A stretch of DNA of 64,000 nucleotides from an uncultured Candidatus Entotheonella sp. (GCA_965217185.1 OZ244252.1:3200001-3264000), one strand, 5' to 3'. Shown: positions 11,212 to 22,088, numbered from the stretch's first letter. Made by a program: numbers and translations. The notes: a model not told the origin generated them from the sequence alone.

Positions 11212-11898
11212 CTAATCGCCGCCCCGCGAGGCGCCGTTTGACGCGGGAACCAACTGCTTGATCTTCTGCCAGGCGGGGTAGTCGGACTTTAGCCACAGGC
11301 CGCCGACTTGCGGCACGAAGTTGAAAGCCTTGACGCGCACCCAATCGTCGTGCAGTTCCAGCACCGACAGAGCGCCGTTATCCAGATTCAGGCGGCGGTA
11401 GTCATTGAACGGCATGTTGAGGTAATGCGCCATCGTGGTGCGGATCACGTCGCCGTGCGACACGACGGCGATGACCCCCTGCGGATACCGGCGGCGGGCC
11501 GTTTCAACCGCTTCGACGCCGCGCCGTTGCACGTTGGGCAGGGTCTCGCCGTTGGGAAAGACGGCGTTAATCGGATCGTGGAACACGGCATGCGCTGCCG
11601 GGTGGGCGCGCTGGGTGTGGAAGAACGAACCCTCCCAGTCGCCGTAATCCACCTCGTGCAGGCTTGACACCTCCTCGATGGACTTGTCCAGCCGCTGCGC
11701 GACGGCCTCAGCGGTTTGACGGGCGCGCGCCACCGGGCTGGATAGGAGGTGGGTGACCCCGAGGGGCGCCAGCGCCTCGGCAGCCAGGCGGGCTTGCTCT
11801 TGCCCGCGCGTGTTCAGCGGCACCGCGCCCTGGCCGGAAATTTTGCCGCTGACGTTTTCATCCGTTTGACCGTGCCGAATCAGTATTACCAGCGCCAT
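11212..11898 (-). CDS. Histidine phosphatase family protein
   Basis: IRHGQT, SSPVARARQTA, EVDYGDWEG, VSHGDVI. Confidence 0.9.
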   Translation of the reverse strand: MALVILIRHGQTDENVSGKISGQGAVPLNTRGQEQARLAAEALAPLGVTHLLSSPVARARQTAEAVAQRLDKSIEEVSSLHEVDYGDWEGSFFHTQRAHPAAHAVFHDPINAVFPNGETLPNVQRRGVEAVETARRRYPQGVIAVVSHGDVIRTTMAHYLNMPFNDYRRLNLDNGALSVLELHDDWVRVKAFNFVPQVGGLWLKSDYPAWQKIKQLVPASNGASRGGD

Positions 11899-11950
11899 GC
11901 GCCCTTCGTCCTCCTGTCAGTGTAAGGCAGTGGCGGGCCGCGTCTCGTTT

Positions 11951-11986
11951 CCCCCTCACCCCAGCCCTCTCCCGTGAGGAGGTGGG
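11951..11986 (+). repeat. BoxC-like REP, type A single degenerate copy
   Basis: CCCCCTCACCCCAGCCCTCTCCC matches the family seen at 35791, 36830, 42713, 44061, 47101, 62043. Confidence 0.7.
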
Positions 11987-12009
11987 CTATCAAGGAGGCC
12001 AAACCAGCG

Positions 12010-13179
12010 ATGCCGTCGCCTTTGGAAGGAATAACCGTTCTCGACTTTACCAGTTACATTGCCGGACCGTTCTGCCCCGTCATGCTGGCGGACATGGGCG
12101 CCGACGTGATCAAGATCGAAGCCCACGGCGGTGACCCGACGCGCGCCTTTCCCTCTTCCATGCCCAATGGCAGCCGATTGTTTGAGGGCGTGAATCGCAA
12201 CAAGCGGGGGCTGCAGCTCGATCTCAAACAGGCCGCCGGCCGCGAGGTCGTGTATCGCCTGGTGCGTCAGGCGGACGTCGTCGTCGAGAATTTCCGCCCG
12301 GGCACCGCAGAGCGCCTGCAGATCGGCTATGACGACTTGCGGCAACGGCAGCCGAAGCTCATCTACTGCGGCATTTCGGGTTACGGGTCCACCGGGCCGC
12401 TGTCCGGCAAGCCCGGTTTCGACCAGGTGCTGCAAACGATGACCGGCATCGCCGCGGCGCAGGGGCGCTCCTTGGGACGCCCGATGCTTGTCGGCGGCTC
12501 CATCGTCGATTTCTTCGCCGCCATGCTCGCCACGTACGGCGTCATGCTCGCCCTGTTCGTGCGCGAACGTACCGGCGAGGGGCAACGGGTCGATACGTCG
12601 CTGCTGGGCGCGGCGCTGTCGATGCAGGCCGGGCGTTTTGTGGCCAGCGAGCACGAGCCGCCCGACAACGAGCGTGACCTGGACACCGGTATCTCCGGCC
12701 TGTATGCCTGCCGGGAAGGCCACCTGTACATCTCGGCCCACGTCCAGAAATTCTGGCTGGCCCTGTGCGACGCCGTCGAGCTTCCCGAACTGGCCGCCGA
12801 TCCGCGTTACGACACCATGCGCAAGCGCAGCACCCACGCCCAGGAAGTGCGGGAGCGGCTGGAGGCCGTGTTCCAGACCCAGAGTGCCGACGAATGGGCG
12901 GCGAAACTGGAGGATGCCGGCGTGCCGAGCGCCGCGGCCGGCGCCATTCACAGTATGTTTACACACCCGCAGGTATTGGCCAATCAATTGGTTGAGCAGG
13001 TCGCCCACCCCACCTTGGGCACCCTGTCCCTCTTTGGCCTGCCGCTCAAGCTGAGCGCCACCCCCGGCTCGGTGCGCCGCGCCGCGCCGGTTCTGGGGCA
13101 GCACTCCGAGGAGATTCTCGCCGCCGCCGGTTACGACGCGCAGGAAATCGCCGCACTGCGCGAATCCCGGGTCATTTGA
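12010..13179 (+). CDS. CaiB/BaiF family III CoA-transferase
   Basis: PLEGITVLDF, GADVIKIE, NRNKRG, VENFRPG, GFDQVLQ, APVLGQHS. Confidence 0.93.
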   Translation: MPSPLEGITVLDFTSYIAGPFCPVMLADMGADVIKIEAHGGDPTRAFPSSMPNGSRLFEGVNRNKRGLQLDLKQAAGREVVYRLVRQADVVVENFRPGTAERLQIGYDDLRQRQPKLIYCGISGYGSTGPLSGKPGFDQVLQTMTGIAAAQGRSLGRPMLVGGSIVDFFAAMLATYGVMLALFVRERTGEGQRVDTSLLGAALSMQAGRFVASEHEPPDNERDLDTGISGLYACREGHLYISAHVQKFWLALCDAVELPELAADPRYDTMRKRSTHAQEVRERLEAVFQTQSADEWAAKLEDAGVPSAAAGAIHSMFTHPQVLANQLVEQVAHPTLGTLSLFGLPLKLSATPGSVRRAAPVLGQHSEEILAAAGYDAQEIAALRESRVI

Positions 13180-13296
13180 AGCGACACCCGCGCAGCGATC
13201 TATTGAGTTGGCGAGGTGGTGGATTTGGGAAAGGCGGCCAAAAGGGAGCGGGCATGACGTGGCCGCCGTGGCGTTAGCGCGAATCTCTCCGGAGAG

Positions 13297-13329
13297 GCTG
13301 AAGCCCCGGATCAAGTCCGGGGCTTCAGC
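13297..13329. terminator. Perfect 14-bp hairpin (REP-like or bidirectional terminator) between convergent genes
   Basis: GCTGAAGCCCCGGA-TCAAG-TCCGGGGCTTCAGC. Confidence 0.6.
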
Positions 13330-13335
13330 GTCGGG

Positions 13336-13806
13336 TCAGGCAAGACCCTGCAGCGTTTCTTGAATCTTGTCGAAATTCGGCAGGTCCCTGGGGCTTTCAA
13401 GGACTTCGGCGTACTGTACCTTGCCGCCCTTGTCGATAACGAAAGCGGCGCGCTTGGCGACGCCCGAAAAGCCCATCAGGTCTTCAAACTGGGCGCCGTA
13501 GGCTTTGCTGACGCCGCGGTTGAAATCGCTGACCAGGGTGAAATTGAGGTTTTCTTTTTCTTTCCACTGCTTCTGGGCGAAGGGGCTGTCGACGCTGATG
13601 CCCAACACTTCGGCGTCGAGTTGGCTATACGTATTGAGATTATCCCGCACCGAGCATAGCTCGTTGGTGCACACGCCCGTAAAGGCGAACGGCACGAACA
13701 GCAGCACGACGTTCTTCTGACCGCGAAAACCACTCAGCGCAACATCCTGCGTCTCGGTGTCCTTGAGCGTAAAATCCGGTGCCTCTTGCCCTACCTGTAC
13801 ACTCAC
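13336..13806 (-). CDS. Peroxiredoxin (AhpE-like)
   Basis: APDFTL, PFAFTGVCTNELC, GISVDS, RAAFVID; GTG behind AGGAGG. Confidence 0.9.
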   Translation of the reverse strand: MSVQVGQEAPDFTLKDTETQDVALSGFRGQKNVVLLFVPFAFTGVCTNELCSVRDNLNTYSQLDAEVLGISVDSPFAQKQWKEKENLNFTLVSDFNRGVSKAYGAQFEDLMGFSGVAKRAAFVIDKGGKVQYAEVLESPRDLPNFDKIQETLQGLA

Positions 13807-14078
13807 AACCACGCCTCCTGTATGGATAGATTTCCCCGCATACCTGCGGTAAAAGGGATTGTTTGGGAACGGCGCAAACTGTATCGGCTTTTGGCAGGGC
13901 CGTCAACTTGGCGCCGGGGCCTGCAAAGCCATTGCCAAACCGGGTACAGAGGCCGCTCACCCGGGGCTATGCGAGGTTTCGAACGTCATCGGAAACGGGG
14001 GACGGAATTGAATATCGCTGACCGATTCAAGCGTGGCGGAACCAGCTTTGGCAACGATGTGTCGGGGCGGGCGCTGCC

Positions 14079-16925
14079 ATGACACCGGGCGTATTCATCG
14101 CCAAATGGCGCGCCGCCGAGCTCAAGGAGCGCTCTGCCGCCCAGGAGCACTTCATCGACCTGTGCCGATTGCTGGACGAGCCGACACCCGCCGCGGCTGA
14201 CCCGACCGGTGAACACTACGGCTTCGAGCGCGGCGCCCGCAAGGACACCGGTGGCGGCGGCTGGGCCGACGTGTGGAAACGCCATCACTTCGCCTGGGAA
14301 TACAAAGGCAAGCACGCCAACCTGGACGCCGCCTTCAACCAGCTTCGGCAATACGCCCTGGCCCTTGAGAACCCGCCGCTGCTCATCGTCTCCGACATGG
14401 CGCGGTTCCGCATCCGCACCAACTGGACCAACAGCGTTAGCGAGACGCACGAGTTTACCCTGGACGACCTCGCCGACGCAGCCGTCCGGGATAAGCTCAA
14501 GTGGGCGATGTCCGACCCCGAACGGCTGCGGCCGGGCGAGAGCCGCCAGGCGCTCACCGAGCGCGCCGCGGCAACCTTCGCGGCGCTGGCGCAGTCGTTG
14601 CGCGCACGCGGCCACGAAGCGCAGGCGGTGGCGCATTTCGTCAACCGGCTCGTCTTCTGCATGTTCGCCGAGGATGTCGGCCTGCTGCCGAACAGCATGT
14701 TCACGCGCATGCTGGAGCACGCCCGCCAGCGGCCCGAGGACTTTGCTGTTCTGGCGCGCGACTTGTTCGGGGCGATGGCCACCGGCGGGCGCGTCGGCTT
14801 CGAGACGGTGGCGTGGTTCAACGGCGGGCTGTTCGACAACGATACCGCCTTGCCGCTGAACAAAGCCGAGATTGAAACCACCCTCAAGGCATCGGCGCTC
14901 GACTGGTCGGAGATTGACCCCTCCATCCTAGGCACGCTGTTCGAGCGCGGCCTCGACCCGAGTAAGCGTTCACAGCTTGGCGCCCATTACACCGACCGCG
15001 ACAAGATCATGCGCATCATCGAGCCGGTGGTGATGCGCCCGTGGCTGGCCGAGTGGGAGACGGCGAAAATCCGCATCGCGTCCAGCCTGGACAGGCAGGC
15101 GGCCGCCCAGTCAGCGTCCGCGCAGAGCAGACACCGCCGGGAGGCTGAGCGGTTGCTGGGCGAATTCCTCCAGCGGTTGCGCGCGTTCACGGTGTTCGAC
15201 CCTGCCTGCGGTTCGGGCAATTTCCTGTATCTGGCGCTGCAGGCCCTCAAGGACCTGGAGCACCGGGTGCAGTTGGAGGCCGAAGCGCTGGGGCTTCCCC
15301 GCGCCTTTCCCGAAACCGGCCCGGCCAACGTCAAGGGAATCGAGATCAACCCGTACGCTGCGGAACTGGCCCGCGTTTCGGTGTGGATCGGTGAGATTCA
15401 GTGGATGCGCCGCAATGGCTTTGCGGGGTCACGCGATCCGATCCTGAAGCCGCTGGATACCATCGAATGCCGCGATGCGGTGCTGTCGCCGGAGGGCGAC
15501 GAACCGGAGTGGCCGCAGGCGGACGTGGTGGTGGGCAACCCGCCGTTTCTGGGAAACAGGAAGCTCCGAAGTGAGTTGGGACATGATTACGCTGAAGCGT
15601 TGAGCCGGGCATGCAGTGGATTGGTACAGGGCAAACCGGACTTGGTTTGCTATTGGTTCGCCAAAGCCGGACGGCTGGTTGCCGAAGGGAAGGTTGAACG
15701 CGTCGGTCTGGTGGCAACGAACTCGATACGAGGCGGTACGAGTCGGTTGGTGTTGGAAAGAATCCTGAATGACTCGATCATTTTCGACGCTTGGCCGGAT
15801 GAGCCCTGGGTGGTAGAGGGGGCAGCGGTTCGAGTGTCGCTAATTAGTTTTGCACACAAACAGGCCGCCCATGCTGTGTTCTTGAGCGGGGCGGCGGCGG
15901 CCCGTATCAACGCAGACCTCACTGCGGAAACTTTTGATTTAACCCGCGCGCGGTCATTGGCGCGTAACGAGGGCGCTGCGTTTCAGGGAGACATTAAGCG
16001 CGGGCCGTTCGACATTCCCGGCGACCTCGCCCGTGAGTGGCTTCGCTTGCCCGCAAACCCGAACGGACGGCCCAATTCCGACGTGCTTAAACCCTGGGTC
16101 AACGGCATGGACCTGACGCGACGTCCGGCCGGCAAATGGATCGTCGATTTTGGCGACACGATGAGCGAAGTCGAAGCGGCGTTGTATGAAGCGCCGTTCG
16201 GCTATGTCGAAAAACATGTAAAACCCTTCCGCCAGAAAAATCGGGAGAGGGCAAGCCGGGAGTTCTGGTTCAGGCATTGGAATCCACGTCCCGCCATGTG
16301 GCAAGCGATCAAAGACCTGTCGCGCTACATTGCCACGTCACGCGTTGCGAAACACCGGCTGTTCGTCTGGTGTGATGCTCGGATATGCCCAGATACCCGA
16401 GTGGTTGTAATTACCCGCGACGACGACACGACCTTCGGTATCCTTCACAGCCGTTTTCATGAAGCCTGGTCATTGAAGCTGTGTAGCTGGCACGGTGTAG
16501 GTAACGATCCGACCTACAATCCAACCACGATCTTCCAACCTTTTCCCTTTCCCGAAGGGCTGTCGCCCGACATCCCTGCTTCGGCGTACGCAGACGACCC
16601 GCGCGCCGTCGCCATTGCCGAGGCCGCACGGCGGCTGGTTGAACTGCGCGACCGCTGGCTTAACCCGACCGAATGGGTGGAATGGGTCGACGAGCCGGTT
16701 CCCGGCTATCCCAAGCGGCCGGTGCCCCGCGACGAAGCCGCGGCGCGGGAACTCAAGAAACGCACTCTGACCAACCTCTACAATGCCCGCCCGCAATGGC
16801 TCGCCGATGCACACGCGGCCCTCGACGCTGCCGTGGCGGCGGCCTATGGGTGGGACGCGGCCATATCCGGCGATGAAGCGTTGCAGAAATTGCTGGCGCT
16901 CAATCTGGGGGGCAAGCACGGATAA
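14079..16925 (+). CDS. MmeI-like type IIG/IIL restriction-modification enzyme (N6-adenine MTase plus nuclease and TRD)
   Basis: N-terminal WAD...WEYK nuclease motif, FNGGLF, GAHYT, motif I DPACGSGNFL, motif IV GNPPF, C-terminal LTNLYNARP...AHAALDAAVAAAYGW. Confidence 0.9.
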   Translation: MTPGVFIAKWRAAELKERSAAQEHFIDLCRLLDEPTPAAADPTGEHYGFERGARKDTGGGGWADVWKRHHFAWEYKGKHANLDAAFNQLRQYALALENPPLLIVSDMARFRIRTNWTNSVSETHEFTLDDLADAAVRDKLKWAMSDPERLRPGESRQALTERAAATFAALAQSLRARGHEAQAVAHFVNRLVFCMFAEDVGLLPNSMFTRMLEHARQRPEDFAVLARDLFGAMATGGRVGFETVAWFNGGLFDNDTALPLNKAEIETTLKASALDWSEIDPSILGTLFERGLDPSKRSQLGAHYTDRDKIMRIIEPVVMRPWLAEWETAKIRIASSLDRQAAAQSASAQSRHRREAERLLGEFLQRLRAFTVFDPACGSGNFLYLALQALKDLEHRVQLEAEALGLPRAFPETGPANVKGIEINPYAAELARVSVWIGEIQWMRRNGFAGSRDPILKPLDTIECRDAVLSPEGDEPEWPQADVVVGNPPFLGNRKLRSELGHDYAEALSRACSGLVQGKPDLVCYWFAKAGRLVAEGKVERVGLVATNSIRGGTSRLVLERILNDSIIFDAWPDEPWVVEGAAVRVSLISFAHKQAAHAVFLSGAAAARINADLTAETFDLTRARSLARNEGAAFQGDIKRGPFDIPGDLAREWLRLPANPNGRPNSDVLKPWVNGMDLTRRPAGKWIVDFGDTMSEVEAALYEAPFGYVEKHVKPFRQKNRERASREFWFRHWNPRPAMWQAIKDLSRYIATSRVAKHRLFVWCDARICPDTRVVVITRDDDTTFGILHSRFHEAWSLKLCSWHGVGNDPTYNPTTIFQPFPFPEGLSPDIPASAYADDPRAVAIAEAARRLVELRDRWLNPTEWVEWVDEPVPGYPKRPVPRDEAAARELKKRTLTNLYNARPQWLADAHAALDAAVAAAYGWDAAISGDEALQKLLALNLGGKHG

Positions 16926-17100
16926 GCCGCCCGAAGAAAGCGATGACCGTTGCGGTATGTGTCTGGAAGATGCGGCTGGGTTGGGGCATGGGTCAGACGT
17001 TCAGGTGCACAGCAAGTCGGCGGTGAGATCATCAAGAAGGCGGCATCAGGTTTCGAGGCAGAATCAATCCACCTTTCTCACAACAGGGAGGGACTCCATC

Positions 17101-18045
17101 ATGCAGCAGGACACACCCCAACAACCCGCGATCGTGGAAGGCGCCGCCTCCGGCGCCGGGCCGGATGCTTCCTGGCGCTGGCCCGAGGCGCGCTGGCGGC
17201 AGGCGGTCAACCGGGTGCGGGCCGGCAAGGCGCTGCGGCCCAATACGTGGCCCGGCGGCGCGCAAGTGGCCGTGGCGCTGTCGTTCGACGTCGACCAGGA
17301 GACGTTGACGCTGCGGGACGGCAAAACGTCGCCGGCGCTCCTGGCGCAGGGTGAATACGGCTCTCGCGCCGGTCTGCCGCGTATCCTACGGCTATTGCAG
17401 CGGTACGACATTCCGGCGAGCTTCTACGTCCCTGGGGTGTCGGCGCTGCTGCACCCGGACGACGTGACGAACATTGCCGCGGCGGGCCATGAGATCGGGT
17501 TGCACGGCTGGATTCACGAACGCAACAGCCTGCTGGAACCGGCGGACGAACGAGACCTGACCCAGCGCGCCGCCGAGGTGCTGGAGAAACTCACCGGTAC
17601 CGCGCCCGTGGGGCTGCGTACCGCGTCTTGGGATTTTAGTGACGCCACCCTCAACATCATCCGCGACATGGGCCTGCTGTATGATTCCTCGCTGATGGGC
17701 GACGACGAGCCCTACGAAATCCTGCAGGATGGCGAGCCGACCGGCGTGGTGGAGCTGCCGGTGGAGTGGATCAAGGACGATTATCCCTACTTCGGCATGG
17801 ACCGCGTGACCACCATTCGCCCGCACACGGCGCCGTCATCGGTGGGTGAAATCTGGCGGCGCGAGTTCGACGGCGCTTACGCGGAACGCGGCCTGTTCCT
17901 GCTCACCATGCACCCCCACATCATCGGCCACCGCTCGCGCGTCAGCGTTCTCGACGAGTTGATCCGGCACATGCGCTCGCACAGCGGCGTGTGGTTCGCC
18001 ACCCACGCCGACATCGCACAATACGTCAAGGCGCAAGGGGGGTAG
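17101..18045 (+). CDS. Polysaccharide deacetylase (PuuE/PgdA-like)
   Basis: LSFDVD, GHEIGLHGWIHE, YDSSLM, LTMHPHIIG. Confidence 0.9.
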   Translation: MQQDTPQQPAIVEGAASGAGPDASWRWPEARWRQAVNRVRAGKALRPNTWPGGAQVAVALSFDVDQETLTLRDGKTSPALLAQGEYGSRAGLPRILRLLQRYDIPASFYVPGVSALLHPDDVTNIAAAGHEIGLHGWIHERNSLLEPADERDLTQRAAEVLEKLTGTAPVGLRTASWDFSDATLNIIRDMGLLYDSSLMGDDEPYEILQDGEPTGVVELPVEWIKDDYPYFGMDRVTTIRPHTAPSSVGEIWRREFDGAYAERGLFLLTMHPHIIGHRSRVSVLDELIRHMRSHSGVWFATHADIAQYVKAQGG

Positions 18046-18066
18046 AAATTGGATAGATGGAACGAA

Positions 18067-18276
18067 TTAGGCGTCTTGGAAATGCTGCCAGTCGATACCC
18101 AGTTGCCGAACAGCGGAACGGACGGTTCCTAATTTAAGGTCGCGGCCACCCCAATCCGGAACAACCGTTGCGCGCTGGTTGGGAGCAACCCATTTTCGAT
18201 GGGACCCCTTGCCTTGTCTCGTCAATTCGCGGCAGCCAAGGGTCGTCAGTTTCCGAGCGACTTCGCGATAATTCAC
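18067..18276 (-). CDS. hicA: HicA toxin (mRNA interferase)
   Basis: RQGKGSHRKW and DLKLGTVRSAVRQLGI; GTGA overlap with the hicB stop. Confidence 0.88.
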   Translation of the reverse strand: MNYREVARKLTTLGCRELTRQGKGSHRKWVAPNQRATVVPDWGGRDLKLGTVRSAVRQLGIDWQHFQDA

Positions 18277-18518
18277 GGGGTTGACACCACAGTTTCCAAT
18301 CTTACGGGACTGTCTGTATCGGAAATGCGGGTAGCTTGAGGCAATGGCCGTCCCTGATCCTGGTATATTTCGACAACAGCTGCGAGCGCATCTTTTGCGT
18401 TGTCCAACGCTTCGGATATGGAGTCCCCTTCCGTGACCAACTCCGGTAGTACTGGAGAGGTTACGGTGAAGCCGCCCTCAGGCTGGGGCATCAGAATAAG
18501 GGGTATTTTGTAGTCCAT
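18273..18518 (-). CDS. hicB: Short HicB antitoxin
   Basis: PQPEGGFTVTSPVLPELVTEGDSISEALDNAKDAL; no C-terminal HTH/RHH. Confidence 0.88.
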   Translation of the reverse strand: MDYKIPLILMPQPEGGFTVTSPVLPELVTEGDSISEALDNAKDALAAVVEIYQDQGRPLPQATRISDTDSPVRLETVVSTP

Positions 18519-18811
18519 GAGAACACCTCGCCCATCACTTACGTGTCACCTTCAGTATATGGCCTGCGAAACTCTCTGAACGTCGATTTCGCCCTTTCTA
18601 CGCTAATCCTCGGCGGGGTGCAAATTCGGTGCTCCGCTCGTTGAACGTGCTTAGATTCATGGCCGCGGCCCTGCCCGGGACCACTCATACCCGGCACTGG
18701 GCGTTACCTTGAGAGGCTCCCAACCGCCGTGTATACTGCCGCCCCGACGCGGGCCTTAAATCACAACCCATCCGGGGCACCTGCTGTGCCCCATTGCCTC
18801 AGGAGAACAAC

Positions 18812-20074
18812 ATGCGACCCATACGCCCGGCATTCATTGCCGCCCAAGCGCTGACGCCGTTCATCGGCAAGGGCAGCCCCAACTTCATCGCCAAGGGGCA
18901 CCCGGATTACGGCGTCAAGGAGAACCCGACGCTTGAAGACTATATCGCCACGGTCATCCGCCAACTGTTGGACGACAACGCCATCGATCCGAGCCTCATC
19001 CAGCGCGGCTACATCGGCAACTTTGCCGGCGAGTTGTTCTCCAGCCAGGGCTTCCTGGGCGCCATGCTGGCGCGAGCGGACAGACGGCTGGCGGGCATCG
19101 GCTGTGCGCGCGTTGAGGCGGCATGCGCGTCCGGCGGCGTCGGCATCGTTGGCGCCATCGAGGCCGTCCAAGCCGGGTTGGACGTCGTGCTGGTCGTCGG
19201 CGCCGAAGTGCAGACGACGGTGCGGGCCCGCGAGGGCGCTGATTACTTGGCGCGCGCCGCGCACTACGCCAGTGAGCGCTCCATCGACGACTTCACCTTC
19301 CCTGCGCTGCTCGCCCGCCGCGCCAAGGCATACAAGGAAACCTATGGGCTTACCGACCGCGACCTGGCGCATTTTTCCGTCAAGGCGTACGCCAACGCCA
19401 ACCGCAACCCGCTGGCCCACATGCACACTGTCAAGATGACCCTCGACCAGGCCGCCACGGCCAGCGATTCCAACCCGAACATCCTGCAGAATCCGGAGTT
19501 GCACGAGCATCTCAGGGTCAGCGATTGCTCGCAGGTGAGCGACGGCGCCGCGGCGGTGATCATCGCCAGCGAATCGGGCCTGGAGAAGTTGGGCCGGGCA
19601 CGGCAGGACTGCGTGCAACTGAAGTCGTACGGCTTCTGCACCAATCCACTGGGGCAGGTGGACGATCTCCTGCGCCTCGACACCGCCGCCTCGGCGACGG
19701 CCGAGGCCATGCAGGACGGCGGTATCACGCCGCAGGACGTGCAGATGGCCGAGGTGCACGACTGCTTCACGATCGCCGAGTTGATGATGTACGAGGCCAT
19801 CGGCTTCGCCGAACCGGGTAAGGGCATCGACCTGCTGCGCTCCGGCGACACCTCCCTGGAAGGCAGCGTGCCGGTCAACCCCGGCGGCGGCTTGGTGGGC
19901 TTTGGTCACCCGGTCGGCGCCACCGGCGTCAAGCAGGCAGCCGAGGTCTACCGCCAGATGAAGGGCTTGTGCGGGGACTACCAGATACAGAAGGACATCC
20001 ACACCGGCCTGACCGCCAACATGGGCGGCGACGACCGCACGGTCGTCTCGCTGGTGCTGGAAAACGTCGCGTAA
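18812..20074 (+). CDS. Thiolase, SCP2/SCP-x type
   Basis: EAACASGG, SQVSDGAAA, EVHDCF, GHPVGATG, NMGG. Confidence 0.9.
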   Translation: MRPIRPAFIAAQALTPFIGKGSPNFIAKGHPDYGVKENPTLEDYIATVIRQLLDDNAIDPSLIQRGYIGNFAGELFSSQGFLGAMLARADRRLAGIGCARVEAACASGGVGIVGAIEAVQAGLDVVLVVGAEVQTTVRAREGADYLARAAHYASERSIDDFTFPALLARRAKAYKETYGLTDRDLAHFSVKAYANANRNPLAHMHTVKMTLDQAATASDSNPNILQNPELHEHLRVSDCSQVSDGAAAVIIASESGLEKLGRARQDCVQLKSYGFCTNPLGQVDDLLRLDTAASATAEAMQDGGITPQDVQMAEVHDCFTIAELMMYEAIGFAEPGKGIDLLRSGDTSLEGSVPVNPGGGLVGFGHPVGATGVKQAAEVYRQMKGLCGDYQIQKDIHTGLTANMGGDDRTVVSLVLENVA

Positions 20075-20098
20075 TTCCCATCCTGCTACGTGTCCCGC

Positions 20099-20129
20099 AA
20101 AGGGGGTCGGCAAACGCCGATCCCCTTTT
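20099..20129. terminator. Probable bidirectional intrinsic terminator
   Basis: AAAGGGGGTCGGC-AAAC-GCCGATCCCCTTTT between the convergent thiolase and antiporter genes. Confidence 0.6.
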
Positions 20130-22088
20130 CTACGAATCGGCGGCCAACGCTTGAAAGGCCGCCAACTGCTCCGGCCGGCCGATGACCGCGGCCAAATCCT
20201 CACCGGCAAAACGAAAATCAATGTCCGGGTTAGCGTGCAGTTCGCCGGCGCGCATGACGCCGACGATCGTGGCGCCCGTCTGGCTGCGCACGTCCATTTC
20301 GCGCAGCGTTCGCCCGATCAGCGGGCTGCCAGGCGGCAGGGCGACCCACGTCAAGTCCAGCAGGCGCGGGGTGCGGCGCAACTGGGCGATGACGCGGGAA
20401 TCGGCGGGCGGCTGGTACAGCGGGGCGTAGTGCTCCTTGTGGATGGCGTCCGTAAAGTTCTGGATTTCGATGGCCGGCAGGTCCAGGTGGACCAGCGCCT
20501 GGCGGGTGATCTCCAGCCCGGCTTCGAACTCCGGCTGCACGACCTCGTACACGCCGCGGTCGTACAGCGCGTCCATATGTTCAAGCCCCTCGGCCCTGGC
20601 GACGATGTGCAGTGCCGGCTTCAACTGGCGAACCTGGTCCACGATGCCCTGCGTCGTGACGAAGGCGGGCGTGGTGATCAGGAGCAGATGGGCGTCGGCG
20701 ATGCCGGCGGCTTCCAGCACGACCCCTTGGCTGGCGTCGCCGGAAATGATCGGCCAGCCGGCGGCCTTGGCCTGCTCCACGCGCCGGGCGTCGAGTTCGA
20801 TGAGCACGAATCCCACCTCGAAGCGCCGCAGCACCTGTGCTACACACTGGCCCACCCGGCCGCCGCCCGCAATTACCACGTGGTCCCGCAATCCCCGCTC
20901 GGGCAGGTTGACGGACTGCAGCGCCTCGAACCGGAACCACTGCCTGCGCAGGGCGTACAGCGGCGCCGTGAAGCCTGACAGAACGGGTGTCAGGACGATC
21001 GTCGCGATGGCGGTGGTCAGCACCAGCGCGTACAACTCGGCGTCGATCGCCCCCGCCTTGAGACCCACTCGAGCCAGCACGAACGAAAACTCGCCGACCT
21101 GAAACAGGGTCAGGGCAACCGCCAGGGGAACGACGTTCCGATACCCGAAAAAGCGAGGCAAGAGACCGAATACCAGCATCTTGCCCACCATGATGAGGAG
21201 CACCAGGAGCCCCACCTCCTGCAAGTGGGCGAACAGGAATGTCGGGTCGAATAGGATGCCGACGGAGGCGAAGAACAGCAGCCCGAAGAGGTCGCGCAGG
21301 GGGAGAATGTCGCTGAGGGCTTGGTGGCCGTAGTCCGACTCGCTCAGTACCATGCCCGCCACGAAGGCGCCCAGCGCGAACGACAGCCCGACCAGGTGGG
21401 TGGCATAGCCGATCCCCAGGCCGATGGCGGTGATGGACAGCAGGAAGAGCTCGCGCGAGTTCCAACTGGCGATGTGCACCATCAGCCGAGGCAGCAGGCG
21501 GACGCCGACGCCGATCGTCAGCGCCAGGAAGAGTGCGGCTTTCAGCGCCGCGAGGCCGAGCAGGGCGAGGCCGGTCTGCGGGTCGTGCAACTGTGGCAGG
21601 ATGATCATCAGCGGCACCACCGCGAGGTCCTGCACGATCAGCACGCCGACCATCACCCGGCTGGACAGGGTGCCCATCCGGCCTTGGCTCATCAGCGTTC
21701 TCAGCACAACCATGGTGCTGGACAGCGAGATCAGGGCGCCGAACCAGAGCGCCGGGCGCCATTCCCAACCCAGCCAGGTTCCGAGCGCAAAACCATACGC
21801 AATGGTGACGATAATCTGGATGGGCGTGCCGATCAGGGCGATGCTGCGCACCGGCCGCAAATCCCGGAACGAGAATTCCAGCCCGAGGGCGAACAGCAGA
21901 AGCGCCACGCCGATTTCTGCCAACAACTCGATTTCGTGGATGTCGGAGATCACCGCAAAGCCGTATGGCCCGACGACCACGCCGGCGAGGATGTAGCCCA
22001 GCACCAGCGGCTGCTTGACCCGCTGCGCCGCCAGCCCGCCCAGTAAGGCGGTGACGACAATGATGACGATGTCCGCCGCGATGCCCAA
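20130..22088 (-). CDS. CPA2 cation:proton antiporter with TrkA-N and TrkA-C domains (KefB/YbaL-like)
   Basis: [47 protein letters not shown] tail. Confidence 0.92.
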   Translation of the reverse strand: MGIAADIVIIVVTALLGGLAAQRVKQPLVLGYILAGVVVGPYGFAVISDIHEIELLAEIGVALLLFALGLEFSFRDLRPVRSIALIGTPIQIIVTIAYGFALGTWLGWEWRPALWFGALISLSSTMVVLRTLMSQGRMGTLSSRVMVGVLIVQDLAVVPLMIILPQLHDPQTGLALLGLAALKAALFLALTIGVGVRLLPRLMVHIASWNSRELFLLSITAIGLGIGYATHLVGLSFALGAFVAGMVLSESDYGHQALSDILPLRDLFGLLFFASVGILFDPTFLFAHLQEVGLLVLLIMVGKMLVFGLLPRFFGYRNVVPLAVALTLFQVGEFSFVLARVGLKAGAIDAELYALVLTTAIATIVLTPVLSGFTAPLYALRRQWFRFEALQSVNLPERGLRDHVVIAGGGRVGQCVAQVLRRFEVGFVLIELDARRVEQAKAAGWPIISGDASQGVVLEAAGIADAHLLLITTPAFVTTQGIVDQVRQLKPALHIVARAEGLEHMDALYDRGVYEVVQPEFEAGLEITRQALVHLDLPAIEIQNFTDAIHKEHYAPLYQPPADSRVIAQLRRTPRLLDLTWVALPPGSPLIGRTLREMDVRSQTGATIVGVMRAGELHANPDIDFRFAGEDLAAVIGRPEQLAAFQALAADS

